The position numbers and the translations under genes were made by a program. A stretch of DNA of 64,000 nt. Source: Candidatus Doudnabacteria bacterium (lineage in GTDB: Bacteria > Patescibacteriota > Doudnabacteria > UBA920 > VMFF01). Where the stretch lies: NCBI GenBank assembly GCA_028286905.1, contig JAQBQP010000001.1, positions 79,114-143,113 on the forward strand. Direction: 5' to 3'. Of the stretch, positions 30,717-39,603 are shown piece by piece. A model generated the notes under the pieces. It was not told where the DNA came from, did not search any database, and worked only from the letters and a program-made list of their open reading frames with translations. Within the stretch, counting starts at the first letter, position 1. Every line of letters starts with the position of its first letter.

Positions 30717-31451
30717 CTCCAATCCCTCAACTAGTGGCTGGTTTAGGGCCTCAATCATTGGAGGAGCGACTTGACTCAGATAGCCATACTTCGACTTTCT
30801 GAATCGCGCTTCAATCGAAGTGATCGCATCTGCATGCGAAACACCTGGATGAGAAGGGCCACGATACTCTCGCATTCCGACATAGATATCGACGAAATGC
30901 ACGATCGAGGCAAGCTTCAATTCACGAACTGCGTGAACCCGGTGAGAAATCTGCGCGAGCCTTTCGGGGGTGTGGTGATACCGTACCCCGAAACAAACGC
31001 TGCGCAAGGTTTTCCACTCCGCCTCGGTAAGACCCATACTGCTCCCCAGCTGGATCAGCATCACCTTCGAGAGTTTGGCATGACCCTCTTTGGCGGCGCG
31101 CTCCGATTCCGGCAATGGTCCCTCAATCCGATGACCATGCCAAACGGTCTTACTGAAGTCGTGCAGATAACCGATCAAACTGATCTTGTAAATCTCTTCC
31201 CTACCACACCCCAGCAAGTGGGCAATCACTTCGGAGTATAGTTCTACGTTCTCCAAGTGATCGGCCAGCAAAGCATTGTGGTATCCGGTACGCGGTTCAA
31301 TAAACTCCTGGTCATGTACATTGACCAACTCTTTCACCCGTGACTTCAGGCGAATGAGTCCAGGAGAATCGATACTGATGTGTCCGCGCCGCTCGACTTC
31401 GGGGGTATAGCAAAGAAAAGGGCCCAGCGCCGTCGGCTGTGTCTTGTTCAT
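30699..31451 (-). CDS. HD-domain metal-dependent phosphohydrolase (GC-rich islet)
   Basis: H…HD…H…H…D pattern (ADHLEN; IGYLHDFSK; HGHRIEG; EGHAKLS; HFVDIY); ~52% GC; AGGAGG 6 nt before ATG; 3' end overlaps uvrC by 18 nt (convergent). Confidence 0.6.
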   Translation of the reverse strand: MNKTQPTALGPFLCYTPEVERRGHISIDSPGLIRLKSRVKELVNVHDQEFIEPRTGYHNALLADHLENVELYSEVIAHLLGCGREEIYKISLIGYLHDFSKTVWHGHRIEGPLPESERAAKEGHAKLSKVMLIQLGSSMGLTEAEWKTLRSVCFGVRYHHTPERLAQISHRVHAVRELKLASIVHFVDIYVGMREYRGPSHPGVSHADAITSIEARFRKSKYGYLSQVAPPMIEALNQPLVEGLELQIRG

Positions 31452-31631
31452 TCGATCCTCCTAACAGGTATTACGCCCAAACTAACATACTCTTATTTTA
31501 ATGGAAAAATATTTTTCTACAACCTAGAGATTATTTATATAAAAAATCTCAATTGGTAAAATATTTTGGACAAAATACCTAGAGCGCGCTAACCTTTGAC
31601 TAAAAGCCCTTCTTTTGATACACTTTTCCAT

Positions 31632-31865
31632 ATGTCACATGCTCAAAAAATCTTAAGTTTAGTACAACTGGCTACAGGTGCTATCCTAGTTATTTCGATC
31701 TTAACCCAAAGCAAAGGCGTCGGTTTATCCAGCGTTTTCGGCGGAGCAGATACGGTGTACCGAACCAAGCGCGGATTTGAAAAATACCTCTTTTACGCAA
31801 CAATTGTTTTGGCGATCGGTTTCGTAGGCCTAAGCATCGCTGTTGTACTTGTCAGCAAGACCTAA
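31632..31865 (+). CDS. secG: Preprotein translocase subunit SecG
   Basis: Two TM helices and SecG motif KGVGLSSVFGGADTVYRTKRGFEK; likely start MSHAQKIL at 31632. Confidence 0.75.
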   Translation: MSHAQKILSLVQLATGAILVISILTQSKGVGLSSVFGGADTVYRTKRGFEKYLFYATIVLAIGFVGLSIAVVLVSKT

Positions 31866-33624
31866 AGTGCTTAGTAAAAAAATTCAAAATTTAACACTTG
31901 AACTTAAAAAGATAGGACGCGGAATTAAAAAACTGCGTTTTTTTAAGTTTACAGACCTACGTCGGATTTTTAGAGTATTTTCGTTTAGGGAAAAGGTTGT
32001 GGTTGGATTGTTATTTGCCTTACTACTTTCAGATCTGGTCTTTTTAGGAACGAACTTTTACATTGGCAAAACAAAGGTGGTCCCTGCTTATGGCGGAACA
32101 TATTCGGAGGGCGAGCTTGGTCAGCCTAGATATATCAATCCGCTGTTGGCCCAAAGTCAAAGTGACAAAGATTTGAGCAAGCTTGTTTACGCTGGACTCT
32201 ATAAATATGACCCTAACGGAAACTTCGTGCCTGATCTGGCAGAATCAGATCTTAAAATTTCTACCGACCAAAAACAATATACAGTTAAATTAAAATCAGG
32301 TTTGAAATGGCAAGACGGCAAACCAATTAATGCCGATGATGTTGTTTTTACAATTCAATTATTGCAAAATCCGGATTATAAAAGCCCATTAAGAAAACTT
32401 TGGCAAAATATTCAAACCAAAAAGATCGATGATTTAACGATTACGTTTACCAATCCAGATATTTCAGCACCATTCCTCACCAATCTTACATTAGGAATCC
32501 TACCGGCACATATTTGGTCCGGAATAGCTGCAAATAATTTTTACTTCGCTAAAGAAAACCTTGAACCAGTAGGAAGTGGTGCCTATTTCATTAAAGAAAT
32601 TAGCAAATCAGTAAGTGGCGATATTCGCACAATAACTTTAAATTCCTGGTCTAATTACTATTCTGGTCGCCCTTACATCGATGTGGTGGTACTAAAATTT
32701 TACACTGATTATGAATCGATGCTCTCCGGTTTTCATACCAAGGAAGTAGATGCAATTGGTTTTATCCCTTTCGACAAAAAGATTTTTGTGGATATGAACC
32801 GATCCAACATTCAAGTAAGTAAAATTCCAGTTTATCAATACCAGGCTTTGTTCTTCAACCTCTCTAAAAGCTCAAAGGTTTTGGGAGACTTAACTGTGCG
32901 CAGTGCGCTGGCTCAAAGCATTGATCGAAATGCTTTCATTCAAGACGTTTACTCTGGCCTAGCCTTGCCAGCGGAGACTCCCATTCTTCCAGGACAATTA
33001 GGATACACTTCTACAACAATTAGCTTTAACCCGAATGCTGCTGAAACAGCTTTGGACAAAGCTGGTTGGGTCAAAAACGCCCAAACCGGCATGCGTGCAA
33101 AAGGCAATGTTGCATTAAAGTTTACGATTACAACAAACGATTTCGTACTGAACGTTAAAAGCGCGGAAAATTTACAACAGCAATGGAAGAAAATTGGTGC
33201 AGATATTACTGTTACAGTAGTCCCTACTTCGGAATTAGAAAACAACTATTTGCGCAACAGAAATTTTGAGTCTTTATTATTTGCTGAAAGCACAGGATAT
33301 GACCCTGATCCCTTTGTTTTTTGGCATTCCTCCCAAAGCGCTAACCCGGGTTTTAACATTGCCCAATACAAAAACACCACCATCGATAAACTGATTACCC
33401 AAGCACGAAGTACTTTCGACAAAACCCAGCGCAGCAGCGATTATAACCAATTTCAAAATATTTTCATCCAAGATCTTCCTGCAATAATTTTGGATCAAAG
33501 CGTTTTCGTATACGAAACCCGACCAAATGTTCAAGGTTTAAGCCTTAAATATCTCGCAAACCCAGAAGATCGATTCTACGATATCAGCCATTGGTATGTC
33601 TCAACAAAGCGCTCCTGGAAATAG
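31843..33624 (+). CDS. ABC transporter substrate-binding protein, family 5 (oligopeptide/dipeptide-type), TM-anchored
   Basis: N-terminal TM anchor then SBP_bac_5-like fold (YINPLLAQSQSD…, KLKSGLKWQDGKPINADDVVFT); start codon uncertain (TTG in ORF track). Confidence 0.7.
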   Translation: MYLSARPKVLSKKIQNLTLELKKIGRGIKKLRFFKFTDLRRIFRVFSFREKVVVGLLFALLLSDLVFLGTNFYIGKTKVVPAYGGTYSEGELGQPRYINPLLAQSQSDKDLSKLVYAGLYKYDPNGNFVPDLAESDLKISTDQKQYTVKLKSGLKWQDGKPINADDVVFTIQLLQNPDYKSPLRKLWQNIQTKKIDDLTITFTNPDISAPFLTNLTLGILPAHIWSGIAANNFYFAKENLEPVGSGAYFIKEISKSVSGDIRTITLNSWSNYYSGRPYIDVVVLKFYTDYESMLSGFHTKEVDAIGFIPFDKKIFVDMNRSNIQVSKIPVYQYQALFFNLSKSSKVLGDLTVRSALAQSIDRNAFIQDVYSGLALPAETPILPGQLGYTSTTISFNPNAAETALDKAGWVKNAQTGMRAKGNVALKFTITTNDFVLNVKSAENLQQQWKKIGADITVTVVPTSELENNYLRNRNFESLLFAESTGYDPDPFVFWHSSQSANPGFNIAQYKNTTIDKLITQARSTFDKTQRSSDYNQFQNIFIQDLPAIILDQSVFVYETRPNVQGLSLKYLANPEDRFYDISHWYVSTKRSWK

Positions 33625-33632
33625 TAGATATA

Positions 33633-33661
33633 TTGACAAAAATATCAAATTAAGGTACTAT
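33633..33661 (+). promoter_or_regulatory. Consensus promoter TTGACA-17-TACTAT upstream of rnj
   Basis: TTGACAaaaatatcaaattaaggTACTAT read from sequence; gives ~110-nt leader containing hairpin 33740-33763. Confidence 0.55.
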
Positions 33662-33739
33662 GCGGTTATATAGTTTTTACGTCCTCCCACTTACAGTCAC
33701 TGTAGGGAAACCAAAAAACATTTAAATAGATAATTAAAA

Positions 33740-33763
33740 GCCGAATTCATGTGAATATTCGGC
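33740..33763 (+). promoter_or_regulatory. Hairpin GCCGAAT-tcatgtgaat-ATTCGGC in rnj 5' leader
   Basis: 7-bp perfect stem; arms share CCGAAT/ATTCGG core with the inverted repeat at 28702-28727. Confidence 0.45.
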
Positions 33764-33776
33764 TAATAGGAATTTT

Positions 33777-35573
33777 ATGATTAAAAACAGATCCTCACTT
33801 AAGGATCAAGGTACTGGCACGTCTGATCTCGAAGATGAGACCACCATTGCCCCCAAAGACACGCATGTCCCTACTCCGGTAGTGGCAACAACCAGTAAAT
33901 TTACTTCTTCCCGTCAGAATTTGCGCATTATCCCTATGGGTGGTGTAGAAGAAGTTGGAGAAAACATGACCGTATTCGAATACGGTGATGACTTGTTAAT
34001 TATCGACATGGGACTTGCCTTTCCAGATGAAAGCATGCCCGGCATCGATTACATTATTCCAGACACAAAATGGTTGGAAGAAAATAGAAAAAGAATTCGC
34101 GGTGTAATTATCACCCACGGCCATTTGGACCACACCGGTGGTATTCCATATATTCTACCGAAGCTTGGTGATCCACCAATTTACACAATGCCGCTTACGG
34201 CTGGCTTTGTGAAAAAACGTTTGGAAGAATTCGGTTTGTTAGGCCGCGCTAAAGTTAACTCTTTACATATTGACGACGTTTTAAGCTTAGGCGCTTTCAA
34301 GATTAGATTCTTTAGAGTAAACCACAGCTTCCCAGACGGAGTTGGTTTGGCAATTACGACTCCAGTTGGAACAGTTGTTTATGCGACTGACTGGAAATTT
34401 GACCATACCCCAGTAGATAATAAGCCAGCAGAATTTGCGAAGATTGCTCAAATCGGTGCCGAAGGCGTTTTGCTTTTGATGTCCGATTCGACTAACGCCG
34501 CAGTTCCGGGATATGCAGTTTCTGAAAGAGAACTTTCTGATACAATCGATCGTGTTTTCAGCGAAGCGAAAGGCAGAATTATTTTTGCGACCTTTGCGAC
34601 AAACATTTCTCGTGTACAGCAAGTTTTCAACTCTGCTGCAAAATTTAACCGTAAGGTTATTGTTACTGGACGCAGCATGGTTCAAAACATTGAGATCGCT
34701 TTATCGCTTGGCTACTTAAACATCCAGCCGAAAATCGTTATCAAAACTGAACAAGCAAATAAATTCCCTGATAGCCAGATTGTTGTCCTAACAACCGGTT
34801 CCCAGGGAGAAGAAGCGGCGGCTCTATCTAGAATTGCCCGCGGTGAACACAAAACTATCAAGATTAGAAAAGGAGATACTGCGGTTATCTCCTCTACTCC
34901 AATTCCTGGAAATGAAAGATCTGTATCCAGCGTTCTTTCAAACTTAACTCGTGAAGGTGCAAAAGTTCTTTATTATAAAAATTTAGACATCCATACTTCT
35001 GGACACGCTAAACAAGAAGATTTGAAGCTGATGATTTCTTTGGTTAAACCAAAGTACTTCATGCCGATCCACGGTGAACACTACATGTTGGTAGCGCACG
35101 CTGAATTAGCTAAAATGCTGCACATCCCTGATGAAAATATTTTCATTATGGATAACGGCCAAGCAGTGGAAATCAATTCCGCTCAACAAGCAAAACTTGC
35201 TGAAGCAAAAATTCCTGGTGGCTACATCTTCATCGACGGTTTAGGTATCGGCGATGTTGGCGAAGTAGTTATCCGTGATCGTCAAGTTATGGCAAAAGAC
35301 GGAATGTTTGTGATTATCTTAATGGTTGATCGCAAAACGGGTAAGCTTATCAGCCAACCGGATATTATTTCGAGAGGCTTCATTTATATGAAGGGCTCCG
35401 ACGAATTGATCCGGGAAGTTAAACATGAAGTCCGCAAGCTCTTTGAAGGCAAAGGCCACGGCGAAGCAAATTACTCTTCTATCAGACAAATTGTTCGTGA
35501 TGAAATTGGCGAATATCTATATCAAAAAACTGAACGTAAGCCTATGATCTTACCAGTGGTATTAGAGGTTTAA
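33777..35573 (+). CDS. rnj: Ribonuclease J
   Basis: Metallo-beta-lactamase HxHxDH (ITHGHLDHTGG), beta-CASP and C-terminal domain; ~50-aa N-terminal extension before IPMGGVEEVGENMTV. Confidence 0.9.
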   Translation: MIKNRSSLKDQGTGTSDLEDETTIAPKDTHVPTPVVATTSKFTSSRQNLRIIPMGGVEEVGENMTVFEYGDDLLIIDMGLAFPDESMPGIDYIIPDTKWLEENRKRIRGVIITHGHLDHTGGIPYILPKLGDPPIYTMPLTAGFVKKRLEEFGLLGRAKVNSLHIDDVLSLGAFKIRFFRVNHSFPDGVGLAITTPVGTVVYATDWKFDHTPVDNKPAEFAKIAQIGAEGVLLLMSDSTNAAVPGYAVSERELSDTIDRVFSEAKGRIIFATFATNISRVQQVFNSAAKFNRKVIVTGRSMVQNIEIALSLGYLNIQPKIVIKTEQANKFPDSQIVVLTTGSQGEEAAALSRIARGEHKTIKIRKGDTAVISSTPIPGNERSVSSVLSNLTREGAKVLYYKNLDIHTSGHAKQEDLKLMISLVKPKYFMPIHGEHYMLVAHAELAKMLHIPDENIFIMDNGQAVEINSAQQAKLAEAKIPGGYIFIDGLGIGDVGEVVIRDRQVMAKDGMFVIILMVDRKTGKLISQPDIISRGFIYMKGSDELIREVKHEVRKLFEGKGHGEANYSSIRQIVRDEIGEYLYQKTERKPMILPVVLEV

Positions 35574-35727
35574 ATAAATAGAAATATAATTCCTACCACT
35601 CAGTTCGTTTCTGTCAAAAAAATGATATAGCACGTTGCTATATCATTTTTTTGTACGAAACTCAATTCGTGGAAGAAATTATTTTCTTATTTATTTACCC
35701 ATTAATACAAACGGGAACGAAAATCTT

Positions 35728-36225
35728 TTAATAAGTGTTGCATAGGCAATACCATTGCGATACTGATTGTTCGCACCAGCCAACCCCGGAACTAACCGGC
35801 CAAGGACGACAGGTGCCTTGTTCTCCAGTAACGCTTGCGGTACTCGCTTCTAATACGGTTGTAACTAATGCTCCGACACCGTTGTTACCAAGGCCATAAT
35901 CGTAATAATAATAAGGCGCTCCGCCTGCTGGGGCATGCGGAATTTTGGCAAGAATTCCGGTATTAACCAGCTCGATCAAAAAATTTGGTTGTGTATCCGA
36001 ATAACCGATTCCTATGGTTTGGTTTGCTGGCATCGTGCCAGTGTTTTGATAATATAAATTTAACGCGGTTTTTAACTGCTGCATATCTTGCTTACGCAAC
36101 GCATCCCTACCCTTCGCTCGAGCAGTGCCCAGAGCTCCCATAACAATCGAGGCCAAAAGCCCAATAATTGCGATGACAATCAATAGCTCAATTAACGTAA
36201 ATGCTTTATTTGTTTTTTGAATCAT
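35728..36225 (-). CDS. Type IV pilin-like / pseudopilin (second paralog)
   Basis: …KA|FTLIELLIVIAIIGLL, E5, C-terminal Cys pair, PNFL…AKIPH and YYYYDYG motifs shared with 23904-24419. Confidence 0.85.
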   Translation of the reverse strand: MIQKTNKAFTLIELLIVIAIIGLLASIVMGALGTARAKGRDALRKQDMQQLKTALNLYYQNTGTMPANQTIGIGYSDTQPNFLIELVNTGILAKIPHAPAGGAPYYYYDYGLGNNGVGALVTTVLEASTASVTGEQGTCRPWPVSSGVGWCEQSVSQWYCLCNTY

Positions 36226-36294
36226 AGTAATTCTTTTATACCATTAATTATAACACTAATTTATAATTAATCACCTACCTGCTATAATAAACTC

Positions 36295-37272
36295 ATGAAA
36301 AAACAGACTCTGGTTTCCGGGCTTCGCGCTAGCAGCGAACCACATATTGGTAATTATCTAGGCGCGATCCGACAGTTTTTGAAATATCAAGAACTGCATG
36401 ATTGTAATTTTTTTATTGCAGACCTGCATACCCTGACAACTCCGTTTGAACCAAAAGAACTGCGCAAAAATGCACTTGAAGTGGCTGCAGATTATATCGC
36501 ATTAGGTTTAGATCCAAAAAAATCTACACTATACCTTCAATCGCAGGTGGCAGAACACGCTGAGCTTGCTTGGATCTTTAATTGCATTACCCCACTTGGC
36601 GAGCTTTACCGAATGACTCAATTCAAAGATAAGACCGGAAGCGCTAATAAAGAAAGTGTTAATGCTGGATTATTGAACTACCCAGTACTGATGGCAGCGG
36701 ACATTTTATTGTACAAAGCAGAGATAGTTCCGGTTGGTGAAGATCAAGTACAACATTTGGAACTTGCTCGAGTAATTGCGAAAAAGTTTAACAATCAATT
36801 TGGCAAAACTTTTCCTGAGCCTAAAGCGTTATTAGAAAGTGAAACTGCTCGAATTATGAGCCTGAATGATCCTGAAAAGAAAATGAGCAAAACTGGCGGA
36901 CAAGGTATTCTAATTAATGATTCCCCTGCTGAGATCCAAAGGAAGCTGCGCAAAGCCGTAACCGCAACCGATGCAACCGGAAAATCAAAAGGGGTCGATA
37001 ATTTATTCAGATTGCTTCGGGAGTTCGGAAACAAAGAACAAATTCAATTCTTTGAAAACGCTTACCAAGAAAATACAATTAAATTTTCAGAACTGAAAGA
37101 TATTTTATCTGAAGATATCGCACATTATTTTGCACCATTCAGAGAAAAACGCAAAGAGCTTTTGAATAGTCCCGAATATATCGCAGAAGCTTTGGCAGAT
37201 GGCGCAGAAAAAGCCCGAGAACGAGCCCGGGCAACAATGCAAGAAGTAAAGAAAAAGGTTGGCTTGCTCTAA
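36295..37272 (+). CDS. trpS: Tryptophanyl-tRNA synthetase
   Basis: Class I HIGH-like (EPHIGNYLG) and KMSKT (KMSKTGG) motifs, 325 aa. Confidence 0.85.
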   Translation: MKKQTLVSGLRASSEPHIGNYLGAIRQFLKYQELHDCNFFIADLHTLTTPFEPKELRKNALEVAADYIALGLDPKKSTLYLQSQVAEHAELAWIFNCITPLGELYRMTQFKDKTGSANKESVNAGLLNYPVLMAADILLYKAEIVPVGEDQVQHLELARVIAKKFNNQFGKTFPEPKALLESETARIMSLNDPEKKMSKTGGQGILINDSPAEIQRKLRKAVTATDATGKSKGVDNLFRLLREFGNKEQIQFFENAYQENTIKFSELKDILSEDIAHYFAPFREKRKELLNSPEYIAEALADGAEKARERARATMQEVKKKVGLL

Positions 37273-37275
37273 AAG

Positions 37276-38661
37276 CTATCTAATAATTATTTTTTCCAGT
37301 TCAACTTTTTTTTGATCAACAATTTCTTGTGAGATACCCTCGACCGCTAATCGTATTAGCGGTTCTGTGTTTGATAAGCGTAAATTAAACCAGTACTCAG
37401 GATATTCAACGCTCACTCCGTCGGACAAGCTTTGAATGCCCTTACTATAAATCTTTTTTACGGCTTCAAGTTTATCCAAACCCTGTTGTTGGTTAAGAAG
37501 TTTAATGTTAATCTCGCCAACGTTAAAATACTTTTTATACGGAGCAGCAATTTCTGACAAAGCCTTATTTTGTTCTGAAATGAGCTGTAAGAGCTGGAGT
37601 ACTAAAATAATAGGCGCTTCAAAAGTGCCATACTCCAACTTAAAGTAATAATGTCCGGAGCTTTCACCTGCAAAAACGGAGCCTTCTTTGATCATCAAAG
37701 CTTTAATCAGAGAATGTCCGACCGGTGTTAACAGTGGCACCCCGCCTGCTTCTTCAATCATATCTTTGCTAATCTTACCTGGCTTTGTATCGTAACCGAT
37801 TTTAGCATGCGGGTGATCTTTCAAAATCATTTGCGCGATCAGCCCTCTGAGAATTGGTTGCGGTAAAAGAGCACCCTTCTCATCCACGAAGAAATAACGA
37901 TCGCCGTCGCCGTCTGAAGCAATTCCTAAATCCGCCTTCTCAGCAAGCACCTTATTCTGCAATGCTTCAATATTTTCCGGCTTAGCAGGGTCAGCTTCGT
38001 GGGCTGGGAAATTCCCATCCAACTCAAAGTTCATCTCAATTACTTCACATTTCAACTTACTAAACAACGCGCGCATGTCTGGAGAGCCCATTGCATTAGA
38101 GGCATCGATAACAATTTTCAAAGGCTTAATGTTATCTATCTCAGTGTTTTTAATTTGATCGTTTACTTCCGCTTCAACCACTCTGCTTCGATCTCCAAGA
38201 ATTCCTTTTTCTTCTGCTAAAGGAACCAGTTGATTATTTAATGCATAATCACGAATTTCATAAATTCCATTGTCTTTGCTAATTGGGCAAGCATTGCGCC
38301 CCACAATTTTTAAGCCATTCCATTCTTTGGGATTATGCGAAGCAGAAATTTGGAGCCCGCCATCATAGCCATAATAACTTACTCCAAAATAAAAAGTCGG
38401 GGTAGAAACAAAACCCATATCGTCTACATTAATTCCGCTATCCAACAACGCTTGGATAACCTTTTCTTTAATGCTCGGACTCGACAAGCGCATATCCGAA
38501 CCAACTACTACCTTTTTTGTATCAGGGTAATTCTTTTTTAAATAAGTTGCGTAAGCACGGGCAATTATGTAAGAATTTTCTTCATTAATTTGCTCCGGAT
38601 ATATTCCGCGAATATCGTAGGCTTTAAAAATTGACTGATCAATATTATTAGGTTCTTGCAT
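37276..38661 (-). CDS. Phosphoglucomutase/phosphomannomutase family protein
   Basis: Active-site loop ISASHNP, GSDMRLSS N-terminal motif, four-domain alpha-D-phosphohexomutase layout. Confidence 0.85.
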   Translation of the reverse strand: MQEPNNIDQSIFKAYDIRGIYPEQINEENSYIIARAYATYLKKNYPDTKKVVVGSDMRLSSPSIKEKVIQALLDSGINVDDMGFVSTPTFYFGVSYYGYDGGLQISASHNPKEWNGLKIVGRNACPISKDNGIYEIRDYALNNQLVPLAEEKGILGDRSRVVEAEVNDQIKNTEIDNIKPLKIVIDASNAMGSPDMRALFSKLKCEVIEMNFELDGNFPAHEADPAKPENIEALQNKVLAEKADLGIASDGDGDRYFFVDEKGALLPQPILRGLIAQMILKDHPHAKIGYDTKPGKISKDMIEEAGGVPLLTPVGHSLIKALMIKEGSVFAGESSGHYYFKLEYGTFEAPIILVLQLLQLISEQNKALSEIAAPYKKYFNVGEINIKLLNQQQGLDKLEAVKKIYSKGIQSLSDGVSVEYPEYWFNLRLSNTEPLIRLAVEGISQEIVDQKKVELEKIIIR

Positions 38662-38989
38662 AAATTAAGTATACCAGAAAAACGAAACGTCCTTGCATGC
38701 TGAGTTGCAAGGACGTCAAAAGGGTTGTGGTTACTAGGAACAGCGGTAAATCACGATCCGCTTTGGCAGACCGAGATGGATCACCTCCTCCAGGAGTGGC
38801 TGGACATAACTCGATTTCTCGAGGTATGCCGGAAATTTGCACCGCGCGCGATCTGGAGAACACGCATCCAGTTTCTACGCTTGTTCGAATGCAAGCCTCT
38901 TCCCATGTGTGATACCGGTTAGGGTGACTAACTATTCCTCCATACAAATGTCGTACCTTTAAATTGTAAATTGCTTAGAATAAAAAAAC

Positions 38990-39027
38990 AAGGGGTTCAT
39001 GATGCATCGTCGCATCACGAACCCCTT
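38990..39027 (-). terminator. Intrinsic terminator of GC-rich 137-aa gene
   Basis: AGGGGTTCATGATGC-loop-GCATCACGAACCCCT (one mismatch) followed on minus strand by GTTTTTTTATT. Confidence 0.65.
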
Positions 39028-39053
39028 CACAGCAGTACGACGTTCACAACACG

Positions 39054-39467
39054 TCAGCTCCAGACCGGCTTTCCGGTTTTCGTCAGCCCCATCTCCCTGC
39101 GAAGTGCATTGCAGGAGAATGTCCGCTCACGAACATGGCCGCAAACCGAAATCTTCAGCTTAACGTGGCGGACGCCGACTGCTTCCGCTCCAATCAGGCC
39201 ACGACCGTGTGTACCCAAGCAGTAGCATGTAGCTGCTCGAGCAATCGGTAAGGCCCAGTTCATCTGTACACCCATCGGACTGTGTCTGCCGAGATCGCGA
39301 ATGACCTGGTGAACTTCACGATCGAATGCCTTGTTCAATTCCTCCCTGGAAATATTGTTACCTGCGTCTGAAGTTGGCAGAGTGCCAACTCCGCTGATAC
39401 CCTTGGTCGAGGCGGGATGCCCTTCTCCGTTTAGGAAGAGCATTGAGGACCCTGGGTTCACCAGCAT
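39054..39467 (-). CDS. Hypothetical Cys/His-containing protein (137 aa) in GC-rich islet
   Basis: ~55% GC ORF with GGGAG upstream of ATG and its own terminator; Gly-rich N-half, C-half has CYCLGTHGRG … VCGHVRERTFSCN; no family recognised. Confidence 0.45.
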   Translation of the reverse strand: MLVNPGSSMLFLNGEGHPASTKGISGVGTLPTSDAGNNISREELNKAFDREVHQVIRDLGRHSPMGVQMNWALPIARAATCYCLGTHGRGLIGAEAVGVRHVKLKISVCGHVRERTFSCNALRREMGLTKTGKPVWS

Positions 39468-39568
39468 TGTGCAGCTCCCGGAAACTGGCCCGATCTAGGA
39501 AAGGGGTCTGCGCGGTGGACCAGGCTAGAACCGCCGCAGATAGGGACTTCACAATACTACGCCCGGGG

Positions 39569-39597
39569 TTGAGATTAGTCAACACTCCTGATATAAT
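39569..39597 (+). promoter_or_regulatory. Consensus promoter TTGAGA-17-TATAAT; -10 ends 6 nt before ychF ATG (leaderless mRNA)
   Basis: Hexamers and spacing read directly. Confidence 0.65.
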
Positions 39598-39603
39598 CTC
39601 TGC

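Noticed and set aside
38648-38947. 99-aa minus-strand ORF and 65-84-aa plus-strand ORFs in the 5' part of the pgm-ychF islet
   Set aside because: No ATG/SD context (TTG starts). Compositionally biased, non-protein-like sequences. The region is more likely untranslated or structured.
38662-39060. Possible RNase P RNA, tmRNA or SRP RNA in the GC-rich non-coding stretch
   Set aside because: Could not find P4-type GGAAAGUCC/ACAAGGGUUC elements, a tRNA-like 3' end with tag ORF, or the SRP domain IV motif on either strand. Needs an Infernal scan to exclude.
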